From assembly GCA_023660015.1 (NCBI GenBank), contig JAGXOG010000001.1, forward strand, positions 1 to 63,673: a stretch of 63,673 nucleotides of DNA, read 5' to 3'. Below the pieces are notes generated by a model. It did not search any database. It saw only the letters and a list, made by a program, of their open reading frames with translations, and was not told where the DNA came from. The DNA comes from Elusimicrobia bacterium LH_S2. GTDB taxonomy: Bacteria > CG03 > SLGR01 > JAGXOG01. Position numbers and translations under genes: made by a program. This document shows positions 37,462 to 45,381 of the stretch, piece after piece. Within the stretch, counting starts at the first letter, position 1; the number at the start of each line of letters is the position of its first letter.

Positions 37462-37780
37462 GATTAGGGATAAAGCGAGTGTGCTACGCCTGTGAAACAA
37501 CCATTTAGGTTGTTTCTCCGAGCTGCTTCGCAAGGGAAAGAATCTGCTTTCCCTTATGGGGTGACAGTGGAAGAATTGCCTAAATGGCATTTCTGGAACG
37601 CCAGAGGGATGAGGTCGTGAACGCTGGCATAGGCCAGGAGGTGTGAGCGACCGAATAAAAAACAATGTATGCTCGGGCTGAAAAACATCCATTTAGGATA
37701 TTTTTCCGGGCGCCCTCGCCCCTATGGAAGTTACGCACCAAAGGTGCGCTAACTTATATCCGGAATATTTTTTCAGTATG
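37462..37780 (+). promoter_or_regulatory. Candidate structured cis-regulatory leader RNA (riboswitch-like, class not identified) upstream of the nucleoside transporter
   Basis: The 376-nt non-coding gap is conspicuously more GC-rich than its surroundings. It has at least six hairpins: 37494-37516, 37532-37555, 37569-37594, 37613-37652 (enclosing 37624-37637), 37680-37706 and 37729-37754. A long-range helix CCGAGC/GCUCGG pairs 37518-37523 with 37671-37676. A U-run at 37766-37773 lies close to the RBS. Confidence 0.55.
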
Positions 37781-37806
37781 AAGTTTAAAAAAAGGAGTTA
37801 AATAAT

Positions 37807-39645
37807 ATGGGAATTGAATTTTATTGTGGTCTATTGGGACTTTTTGCTATACCTTTTATCGCCTGGCTCATCTCATCTAACCGTTCACGAGTAATGTGGA
37901 AAGTAGTTGTCGGGGGCTTGGTACTCCAGCTTATTTTGGGTGTTTTGGTTCTTCTTACCCGGCCCGGGCAGCTGTTTTTTAAAGGAATGAATGATATAGT
38001 CCTGGGATTACTCAAATTTTCCGATAAAGGAGCACAATTTCTTTTCGGTGATCTAATAAATCATGAATTTGCTGCAGCCAACTTTGCTTTTTCCGTGCTT
38101 CCTACAATAATTTTCTTTTCTGCACTTATGTCTATTTTATATTATACCGGATTTATGCAGAAACTTGTTGAATTTGTCGCCTGGCTAATCATGAAAGTCC
38201 TGGGGACCAGCGGAGCAGAAACACTTTCGGTTAGCGCTAATATATTTGTTGGCCAGACAGAAGCGCCCCTGGTTATAAGGCCTTTTGTAAAAGATATGAC
38301 AATGTCGGAATTAAATACGGTAATGACCGGAGGTTTTGCTACCGTAGCAGGGGGAGTTATGGCTGCTTATGTCGGTATGCTTCATTCTTATTTTCCGGCA
38401 ATAGCTGGTCATCTTATTACCGCCAGTATAATGTCTGCGCCGGCCGCTATTGTAATGTCAAAACTTTCTTTTCCCGAGGAGGATGAGCCTGCTACCCGGG
38501 GAACAGTCGAGGTCAATGTAGAAGAGCGAGATCAGAATTTAATAGGAGCTGCCTCCAGCGGAGCGGCCGCCGGACTTAAACTTGCTCTTAACGTCGGCGC
38601 TATGTTGCTTGCATTCATCGCTATAGTTTATATGGCAAATTTTGCTATAAGCTGGGGCGGTCAACAGTTATACAGCCTTATTACAGAAAGAACGGGCTGG
38701 AGCGCATTTTTAAGCGGTGCCATATTAGGCGCGGCCGTGCTTGCTTTTTATATCGCCCGCTGGGGCTGGAAAGGGAGACGGACAAAGTATTGGATAACAG
38801 CGCTTTTATTGGTAATTTTTCTTCCTGTAGCGGCTTATTATATTCTCCCCGACCTTATGGCTGTACGTTTCGGGCTGGGGAGTCCTTCGGTCTGGGCAGC
38901 CGTAGGAATTGCCGGAGGAATTGTATTGGGAGTAGGCGGTATTTTCCGGTGGTTCAGAAAACTTAAAGCACTCTGGCTTCAGTCCCTCGGAGTTTTACTG
39001 CTTGGAGGAGCGGCTGTAGGAATCTTAACCTTTCTTCTCGGCGGAAGCGGATCAGACAGCGGGGCTGCTTTTTTGCTTTTTGGCGTCTTCGGACTTATAG
39101 TCGCCACAGCGGTATATTGGGTCAATCCTTCCCGGGCTACTGTAATTAAGTCCCTAATAATTGTATTTATAGTTGCCGCCGTCGGTGCGTTAATAACAGC
39201 TCTTTTTAATTTAAATATGCTTGTTGCACTGGAGAACCTCACTCTTCAGAAACTTCTGGGGTTTATATTTTCCGGGCTTGCCCTGCTGATAGGAATACCC
39301 TGGCCGGATTTAATTAATGTAGGGCAGCTTATAGGCGAAAAAGTTGCTGTAAATGAATTTGTGGCATTCTTAACTTTCAAGAATATGGCTTCACAGGGTT
39401 TGCTTAGCGCCCGTAGCCTGGTTATTGTTAGTTATGCTTTATGTGGTTTTTCTAATTTCAGCTCAATTGCAATCCAGATAGGCGGTATAGGTGGAATAGC
39501 TCCCAGCCGTTCCGGAGATTTGGCAAAACTGGGTTTGCGTGCGATGACTGCGGGGGTTCTGGCCTCTGCTCAGACGGCGGCGGTCGCCGGTGTAATGTTC
39601 GCTATAGCCGAGAAAATTGGAATACAACTGGTAACCCTGGGATGA
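37807..39645 (+). CDS. nupC: NupC/CNT-family concentrative nucleoside transporter with a large internal multi-TM insertion
   Basis: N-terminal and Gate regions are present, with GQTEAPL.. and ..LNTVMTGGFATVAGGVMAAYVGML. The C-terminal part has NEFVAF.., YALCGFSNFSSIAIQIGGIGGIAPSR. At 612 aa it is much longer than the roughly 400 aa typical of the family. Confidence 0.85.
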   Translation: MGIEFYCGLLGLFAIPFIAWLISSNRSRVMWKVVVGGLVLQLILGVLVLLTRPGQLFFKGMNDIVLGLLKFSDKGAQFLFGDLINHEFAAANFAFSVLPTIIFFSALMSILYYTGFMQKLVEFVAWLIMKVLGTSGAETLSVSANIFVGQTEAPLVIRPFVKDMTMSELNTVMTGGFATVAGGVMAAYVGMLHSYFPAIAGHLITASIMSAPAAIVMSKLSFPEEDEPATRGTVEVNVEERDQNLIGAASSGAAAGLKLALNVGAMLLAFIAIVYMANFAISWGGQQLYSLITERTGWSAFLSGAILGAAVLAFYIARWGWKGRRTKYWITALLLVIFLPVAAYYILPDLMAVRFGLGSPSVWAAVGIAGGIVLGVGGIFRWFRKLKALWLQSLGVLLLGGAAVGILTFLLGGSGSDSGAAFLLFGVFGLIVATAVYWVNPSRATVIKSLIIVFIVAAVGALITALFNLNMLVALENLTLQKLLGFIFSGLALLIGIPWPDLINVGQLIGEKVAVNEFVAFLTFKNMASQGLLSARSLVIVSYALCGFSNFSSIAIQIGGIGGIAPSRSGDLAKLGLRAMTAGVLASAQTAAVAGVMFAIAEKIGIQLVTLG

Positions 39646-39727
39646 TATTGAATTCAATAGTTGAAAATGGCTGAAAGAGATAAAACAATTAATTCCATTT
39701 TCTGTATAATAAAGGTGTGTTTTTGAT

Positions 39728-40822
39728 ATGATAAGGGAAACAGTTCTTATAATAGCTTTTATAGTACTGGGGGCTGGGTATTTATTTTTTAATCATATAA
39801 AAAGATTGAAAAATCAGAAAAAAAAGCTCCAGTCCGCTATAGATGACTTAAAGCTGCTACAGGGTGTGAGCAAAGAAGTATCTTCAAAGCTGGAGATGTC
39901 TCAGCTTTTGCCTTCTATTATGGAGGCTTTTGTCCGTGCCGGAAATGTTAAAAAAGGTTCTATAATGCTTTATGACAGGGAAAAGGATCTCCTTGAAATA
40001 AAGACCGCTAAAGGGCTTAGCCAGCGGGCTATAGATAATGTGAAACTTCACCTGGGGGAAGGTATAGGTGGGCGGGTAGCTGAAACCGGAGAATCTATTC
40101 TTATAAACGACACTACAAAAAACAGTGTTTATAAGGATTTTTTTTCCGGAGATATGAAAGGCCGTCCCCGGGAGACCCTTCTATGTCTTCCTTTAATGTT
40201 TAAGGGTGAAATCCTGGGGGTGGTTACCCTTGATTCTAAAATATCCGGACAGCAGTTTATAAGAAATGATGAACGCCTGTTGTCTATTCTTGCTTCCCAG
40301 TCCGCGATATCTATCAATAATGCTAGAACGTATGAGTTGGCTATAACCGACGGGCTGACAAAATTATATATAAGGCGTTACTTCTTTAACCGTCTTAATG
40401 AGGAAATTGAAAAATCCAGTAGATACAGACATCCGTTCTCGCTTCTTTTTCTGGATATTGACCATTTTAAAGAGTTTAACGACACCTATGGCCATCAGAT
40501 GGGCGATAAAGCGCTTATACATTTAAGTAAAATTATGATTGATAAAACCAGGACCGTTGATATATGCGCTCGTTACGGAGGAGAAGAATTTATTATCATA
40601 TTGCCGGAAACTCAGAAAGATTCCGGCTTGATTCTTGCCGAAAGATTAAGGAAGAGTATTGAGGTGAGTTCGTTTGTGGGACTGGGGCATGAATATAAAA
40701 TAAGAGTTAGTATAGGCCTGGCAGAATATAGACAAGATATGACTTCAAAAGAACTCATTAAAGAAGCAGACAAAAATCTTTACAAAGCAAAAGAGACCGG
40801 TCGTAACAAGGTCATATCTTGA
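39728..40822 (+). CDS. Membrane-anchored GAF-GGDEF diguanylate cyclase
   Basis: N-terminal TM helix and a GAF-like region. The GGDEF domain carries RYGGEEFIIILP and ..DHFKEFNDTYGHQMGD. Confidence 0.85.
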   Translation: MIRETVLIIAFIVLGAGYLFFNHIKRLKNQKKKLQSAIDDLKLLQGVSKEVSSKLEMSQLLPSIMEAFVRAGNVKKGSIMLYDREKDLLEIKTAKGLSQRAIDNVKLHLGEGIGGRVAETGESILINDTTKNSVYKDFFSGDMKGRPRETLLCLPLMFKGEILGVVTLDSKISGQQFIRNDERLLSILASQSAISINNARTYELAITDGLTKLYIRRYFFNRLNEEIEKSSRYRHPFSLLFLDIDHFKEFNDTYGHQMGDKALIHLSKIMIDKTRTVDICARYGGEEFIIILPETQKDSGLILAERLRKSIEVSSFVGLGHEYKIRVSIGLAEYRQDMTSKELIKEADKNLYKAKETGRNKVIS

Positions 40823-40956
40823 TATAATATTAAACTCTCATTATGATATACGTAAATAGCAGTAAATATTTTCTTTTTCAAAGAAGTAAGCGCATCCTGA
40901 AAAGCAGAAAGAGTTTCTTGCTCAAAAAAATCAGTGGCAAAGGAAGAATAAAATTT

Positions 40957-41210
40957 AGGCATCGTCTCAAAAGTAATGGATATATGAGAAATAGTTTTGC
41001 AAAGAGTTCCTTTTTCTGCTCCGGTTGTTTTTTTGCTTTCAGCACGCAGAAGTCACGCTTGAAACTCAAAAACTCACTCGTCATATTGACGAGTTCAGAG
41101 AGTTTGAGTTCCTTCCTAACGGAACCAGCATGACTTTTGACAGGAGAACAAAGTCGTTCAAAAGAGATTCTTTACATAAAAGCCAATCCATTAACTTTGG
41201 GATAACGTCT
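40957..41210 (+). mobile_element. MITE-like repeat, type A, full-length copy
   Basis: Near-palindromic 254-bp element with termini AGGCATCGTCTC...GGGATAACGTCT and a central hairpin ACTCGTCA-TAT-TGACGAGT. It differs from the copy at 50981-51234 only by scattered substitutions. Confidence 0.8.
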
Positions 41211-41250
41211 AAGAGTTCTTGACTGTAATTATAAATATTGTTATAAATAG

Positions 41251-42153
41251 ATGAGAATAATTAAATATGATGACATAATGTCAGCAAAGAATCAGGGTAG
41301 AAAAAAGGTTGTGGCACATTCCGCAAGTTTAGTATCACCGTATGCGCGGGAAACTGCCCTGAGATTTGGAATAGAGATAGTTGAAAATTTAAGTATTAAA
41401 AGAGAGGAAAATAATATGAGAAAACCTTTTATTGCCGGCAACTGGAAGATGAATAAAACCAACAGAGAGACCGTAAAACTTTTAAATAATTTAAAGCCAT
41501 TGGTTAGTGACGCGGGCGACGTAGATATAATGGTGGCCCCCCCGTATACTTCACTAACCCTGGCCGCTGAGATATTAACAGATAACAATATAATGCTCGG
41601 TGCTCAGAATATGCACCAGGAAGAAAGTAGCGCATATACAGGAGAGATAACAGCTGATATGCTCATTGAGGCCGGCTGTAGTTGGGTCATACTCGGACAT
41701 TCCGAGCGCAGAAAATATTTTGGGTGTAGTGATGAGCTGGTTAATAAAAAATTAAAAAAAGCTCTCAGTAAAGGCCTTAATCCCATAGTCTGCGTCGGCG
41801 AGCAACTGGAGGAGCGTGAGGCCGGAAATACTTTTGAAATCCTCCGCCGGCAGGTTACAGAAGGGCTAAAAGAGATAAATGACCCGGTTACCATAGCTTA
41901 TGAACCTGTATGGGCCATAGGAACAGGGAAGACCGCTTCTCCCGAACAGGCCGATGACGCCCATAAATTTATAAGGGAGATGTTGGCTGATATTTACAAC
42001 CCTGAAATAGCGGAGGATATAAGAATACTCTACGGTGGAAGTGTTAAACCCACAAATATATCCGAGCTTATGGCAAAAAAGAATATTGATGGAGGGCTTA
42101 TAGGCGGGGCAAGCCTAAATGCAGAGAGTTTCTCTCAGATAGTGAAGTTCTAA
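41251..42153 (+). CDS. tpiA: Triosephosphate isomerase with a 55-aa N-terminal extension (alternative internal start at 41416)
   Basis: From residue 56 the sequence is RKPFIAGNWKMN...GHSERR...AYEPVWAIGTG...GGASL, a canonical TPI. An SD-like GAGAGGA lies 7 nt upstream of the internal ATG at 41416. Confidence 0.9.
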   Translation: MRIIKYDDIMSAKNQGRKKVVAHSASLVSPYARETALRFGIEIVENLSIKREENNMRKPFIAGNWKMNKTNRETVKLLNNLKPLVSDAGDVDIMVAPPYTSLTLAAEILTDNNIMLGAQNMHQEESSAYTGEITADMLIEAGCSWVILGHSERRKYFGCSDELVNKKLKKALSKGLNPIVCVGEQLEEREAGNTFEILRRQVTEGLKEINDPVTIAYEPVWAIGTGKTASPEQADDAHKFIREMLADIYNPEIAEDIRILYGGSVKPTNISELMAKKNIDGGLIGGASLNAESFSQIVKF

Positions 42154-42166
42154 GGAAAATACTGAA

Positions 42167-42787
42167 TTGACAGATACCTCACAAATAGCAGGAGAAATAT
42201 TAATAAGGCTCGAGCGTTCATCGAGGCCTATTATATGTAATGTCTCCAACCGGCATATTCATATATCAAAAGATATACTCGAAAAACTTTTTGGTGAAGG
42301 ATATAGTTTAAAAAAAGCCAAGGAGCTTATGCAGCCCGGACAGTATGCATCGACGGCAAAAATTACTCTTAAAGGTCCCAAGGGAACTTTAACCGGAGTA
42401 AGGATTTTAGGCCCGGTAAGAGAAAATACGCAGATTGAGATATCCAGAACTGACTGTTATACACTGGGAATTAATGCTCCGCTGCGAAGTTCCGGAGATT
42501 TGCAGGGAAGTCCCGGAGCAAGGATTATAGGTTCGTCCGGGTCGGCGCAGTTGTCGGAAGGCATAATAGTGGCCCAGAGACATATACATATGACCCCTGC
42601 GGACGCTTCTTTTTTCAAAGTTAAAAATAAGCAGAAAGTAAGGGTAAGAACGAGGCCCCCTCGCTCGGTTGTTTTTGAAGATATGCTGATAAGGGTCAGT
42701 GAAAATTATTGTCTGGAGTGCCATATAGATACCGATGAAGCCAACAGCTGTGATTTTAAAAGTTCAGATGAAGTATTTTTAAGCTGA
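42167..42787 (+). CDS. pduL: Phosphate acyltransferase PduL (BMC-associated phosphotransacylase)
   Basis: It has a duplicated PduL half-domain: NVSNRHIHIS...ILGP.R..TQIEISRTD and AQRHIHMTP...CHIDTDEAN. TTG start. Confidence 0.9.
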   Translation: MTDTSQIAGEILIRLERSSRPIICNVSNRHIHISKDILEKLFGEGYSLKKAKELMQPGQYASTAKITLKGPKGTLTGVRILGPVRENTQIEISRTDCYTLGINAPLRSSGDLQGSPGARIIGSSGSAQLSEGIIVAQRHIHMTPADASFFKVKNKQKVRVRTRPPRSVVFEDMLIRVSENYCLECHIDTDEANSCDFKSSDEVFLS

Positions 42788-42788
42788 T

Positions 42789-43106
42789 ATGTCCTCGATC
42801 GGAATGATAGAAACAAAAGGAATGATTGCGATGGTCGAAGCGGCTGATGCAATGGTGAAATCCGCCGATGTAAAGATTATGGGACAAATAAAAAGATACG
42901 GGGGAGGGTTGGTGACTGTAATTGTGGCCGGAGAGGTTGCCGCCTGCCGGGCCGCCTGTGAAGTAGGCAGTGTCGCTGCCCAAAAAGTCGGAGAGCTTGT
43001 AGCAGTCCATGTTATACCCCGGCCGCATGATGAATTAAGTTCAAAATTATCAGTATTAGAAAAAAATTTTAGGAATTATTCCGGATCTGTCAGATATGAT
43101 AAATAA
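42789..43106 (+). CDS. BMC-H shell protein (Pfam00936 type) with repeat-derived C-terminal tail
   Basis: SIGMIETKGMIAMVEAADAMVKSADVKI...[13 protein letters not shown] is canonical BMC-H. The last 12 or so codons and the stop lie inside the MITE-like element that starts at 43071. Confidence 0.85.
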   Translation: MSSIGMIETKGMIAMVEAADAMVKSADVKIMGQIKRYGGGLVTVIVAGEVAACRAACEVGSVAAQKVGELVAVHVIPRPHDELSSKLSVLEKNFRNYSGSVRYDK

Positions 43107-43303
43107 TTTTGTAAAGAGCAGATTCTTTATCTATAGGTTCTCCTTTTGCCCGCAGGGCTCACAAAAGCTATGCTTAAAACTAAAAATTACTCGTCATAGA
43201 AACGAGTTCAGACAATTTAAATTTTTTCTTCTTAAAGAACCGGCATACTTTTGACAGAAGGACAAAGTTACTCAAAATGCACTCTTTACATGGAACAATG
43301 TTA
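43071..43303 (+). mobile_element. MITE-like repeat, type B copy with partly deleted right arm; flanked by AATTTT
   Basis: It aligns with 30731-31229 minus the nested element. AATTTT lies at 43065-43070 and 43304-43309. It sits between two BMC-H genes. Confidence 0.75.
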
Positions 43304-43329
43304 AATTTTAAGAAAGGAAACAATAACTT

Positions 43330-43596
43330 ATGGAAGCACTCGGACTTATAGAAACCAGAGGCCTTGTCGGGGTAATAGAGGCAGCGGATGTAATGGTAAA
43401 GACCGCGTCTGTAAAGATAGTTGGTTTTGAAAAATCGGGCGATGGTATAGTAACCGTAAAAATCAGGGGCCCGGTGGCAGATTGCCGGGTAGCGGTAGAT
43501 GCGGCTGTATCGGCAGCCGGGAAAGTGTCGGAACTTTTATCAGCGCATCTTATACCATTGCCGTTTCCTGATTTAGAAGAGAACTTAAATATATAA
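43330..43596 (+). CDS. BMC-H shell protein
   Basis: EALGLIETRGLVGVIEAADVMVKTASVKIVG...SAHLIP is a canonical single Pfam00936 domain. Confidence 0.9.
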   Translation: MEALGLIETRGLVGVIEAADVMVKTASVKIVGFEKSGDGIVTVKIRGPVADCRVAVDAAVSAAGKVSELLSAHLIPLPFPDLEENLNI

Positions 43597-43623
43597 AGAG
43601 ACAAAAAAAAGAGGTAATATAAT

Positions 43624-43929
43624 ATGCAATTTGGAATTATAACGGGGAATGTTGTTTGCACCACAAAAGATGAAAAAATAGAAGGAAGAAAATTACTGCT
43701 GGTTCAGCCAGTAAATGATGAGTTTAAACCGGAAGGAACCGGGCTGGTGGGTATAGACTCGGTAGGTGCCGGGGAGGGTGAACTCGTACTTTATGTGACC
43801 GGTTCTTCTTCAAGGATGACCGATATTACCGATAACCGTCCTGTAGACTGCACTATAATGGCTATTGTGGATTATGTCAGCAAGAACGATAAGATAATAT
43901 TTGAAAAGTTTAAAGAAGGTCGGGAGTAA
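43624..43929 (+). CDS. BMC-P pentameric vertex protein (EutN/CcmL family)
   Basis: MQFGIITGNVVCTTKDEKIEGRKLLLVQPV....GIDSVGAGEGELVLYVTGSS is the EutN/CcmL pattern. Confidence 0.9.
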   Translation: MQFGIITGNVVCTTKDEKIEGRKLLLVQPVNDEFKPEGTGLVGIDSVGAGEGELVLYVTGSSSRMTDITDNRPVDCTIMAIVDYVSKNDKIIFEKFKEGRE

Positions 43930-43965
43930 AATAAAAATTTTTAAAACCATAATCGGAGGTATTAA

Positions 43966-45381
43966 ATGGATATAAACAAAGAAGAAGTTTCAAAGATAGT
44001 GCGTGAAGTTGTTTCAAGGCTTGAACAAGACGGGCCTGTCTCTTCGCCGTCCGCCGGTGGGTCGGTATTATATGAAACTATGCCTGAGGCAATTGCGGCG
44101 GCAAAATCTGCTCAGGAAAAATTTAAGGGTATGGGGTTGGAATTACGGCGGAAAGTCATAGAAGCTATGCGGGTAGCAGCAAGGGAGCAGGCCGAGACCC
44201 TGGCTAAATCAGCCGCCGCTGAAACAGGAATGGGCAGGTGGGAAGATAAAATAAAGAAAAATCTTTTGGCTGCCGATAAGACTCCCGGTGTAGAAGACCT
44301 TCAGCCGGTAGCTTATACCGGAGATCGGGGGCTAACACTGATAGAGAATGCTCCTTTCGGAGTTATAGGAGCGGTTGCCCCGTCCACAAATCCAACCTCT
44401 ACTGTTATAAATAATGCAATAAGCATAATTGCGGCGGGAAACGCTGTAGTATTTGCTCCGCATCCGGCGGCGAAAAAATCTTCCCAGGAAGCCATGAAAT
44501 GTCTCTCCGGTGCAATAAAATCAGCCGGCGCTCCAGCAGACCTTATAACCGCTATGAGTGACCCCAGCCTGGAAGGCGCACAGATTTTATTTACAGATGA
44601 AGATATAAAAGTACTTCTGGTTACCGGAGGCCCTGCCGTAGTAGCGGCAGCCATGAAAAGCGATAAAAAGATTATCGCCGCAGGCCCGGGAAATCCTCCT
44701 GTGGTAGTTGATGAAACTGCGAATATTAAAAATACCGTAGATTCAGTTATAGATGGAGCAAGTTTTGATAACGGGGCGCTTTGCACCGCAGAAAAAGAAG
44801 TTCTTCTTACAGACGATGCATATGAAGGGGTGATTACAGAAATGCGGGGAAGAAGCGATGTCTACGAGCTTACTTCCGGACAGATGGATAAACTGGCCGA
44901 TATGGTTATTGCCAAATCGGGCAAGGGGGGGGAAGGTTTGATGAACAAAGACTATGTCGGAAAAGACGCTGTTTTTATTGCCAAAGCAATAGGTTTAAAT
45001 ATCCCCCCGGAGGCACGGCTCTTATGGGGCATTGTAGATAAAGAAAATGATTTTATGTGGACCGAACAGCTTATGCCCGTTCTTCCTTTTGCAAAGACAG
45101 GCACTATAGATGATACGATAGAGCTTGCCGTCCGGATGGAAGGGGGAAACGGCCATACGGCTATTATGCATTCATTAAATGTAGAACATCTTACAACTAT
45201 GGCCAGAAAAGGGGCCTGCTCTATTTTTGTTAAAAACGGGCCGTCTTTTATGGGCCTGGGGATGGGTGAAGGCTACGGCGCTCTCTCTATTGCTACTCCT
45301 ACTGGTGACGGCCTTGTAAAAGCGAGTAATTTTACACGGCCTTTAAGGTGCGTGCTGGTAGATTATTTCAGGATAGCTTAG
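43966..45381 (+). CDS. CoA-acylating aldehyde dehydrogenase (EutE/PduP-like) with N-terminal encapsulation-peptide-like helix
   Basis: The region around the catalytic Cys is FDNGALCTAEKE, on an ALDH fold. The N-terminus EEVSKIVREVVSRLEQ is an amphipathic helix followed by a linker. Confidence 0.9.
   Translation: MDINKEEVSKIVREVVSRLEQDGPVSSPSAGGSVLYETMPEAIAAAKSAQEKFKGMGLELRRKVIEAMRVAAREQAETLAKSAAAETGMGRWEDKIKKNLLAADKTPGVEDLQPVAYTGDRGLTLIENAPFGVIGAVAPSTNPTSTVINNAISIIAAGNAVVFAPHPAAKKSSQEAMKCLSGAIKSAGAPADLITAMSDPSLEGAQILFTDEDIKVLLVTGGPAVVAAAMKSDKKIIAAGPGNPPVVVDETANIKNTVDSVIDGASFDNGALCTAEKEVLLTDDAYEGVITEMRGRSDVYELTSGQMDKLADMVIAKSGKGGEGLMNKDYVGKDAVFIAKAIGLNIPPEARLLWGIVDKENDFMWTEQLMPVLPFAKTGTIDDTIELAVRMEGGNGHTAIMHSLNVEHLTTMARKGACSIFVKNGPSFMGLGMGEGYGALSIATPTGDGLVKASNFTRPLRCVLVDYFRIA

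Noticed and set aside
37462-37780. I tried to assign the structured leader to a known RNA class: RNase P, SRP, 6S, cobalamin, ZTP/pfl or a PyrR-binding attenuator.
   Set aside because: Only partial resemblances were seen. GGUCGUGA...GAGCGACC recalls the ZTP P1/J region, GCCAGGAG recalls part of the B12 box, and CCAGAGGG is one nt off the PyrR loop UCCAGAGAGG. The other obligatory elements of each class (the ZTP CCGCCUGGGC, the cobalamin GGUG..AA.UCC/CCCGC core, the RNase P GGAAAGUCCGG) are absent. The class is left unassigned pending cmscan.
40880-40915. An imperfect hairpin GCAGAAA-GAG-TTTCTTGC after the GGDEF gene was considered as a terminator.
   Set aside because: The stem has a bulge and is followed by an A-run rather than a U-run on the + strand, so it is not a convincing intrinsic terminator.
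40843-41222. ORFs 40843-41133, 40878-41084(-) and 41025-41222, plus the similar pair 50972-51157 and 51049-51261, give near-identical peptides (MFFCFQHAEVTLETQKLTRH...).
   Set aside because: The similarity comes from the repeated MITE-like DNA. The sequences are long inverted repeats, have no RBS, and the frames are broken in the other copies (24117, 30731, 43071). They are not protein genes.
45348-45380. The track start (45348) for the PduS-like gene overlaps the aldehyde dehydrogenase gene by 34 nt.
   Set aside because: The codon at 45348 is GTG (gtg cgt gct ggt aga...), so it is itself a legitimate alternative start. However, the in-frame GTG at 45381 overlaps the upstream stop as TAGTG, has an AGGA 7 nt upstream, and gives the family-typical N-terminus (..EEILNKIMDAGIVGAGGAGFP). 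The 5' end is uncertain but 45381 is preferred.
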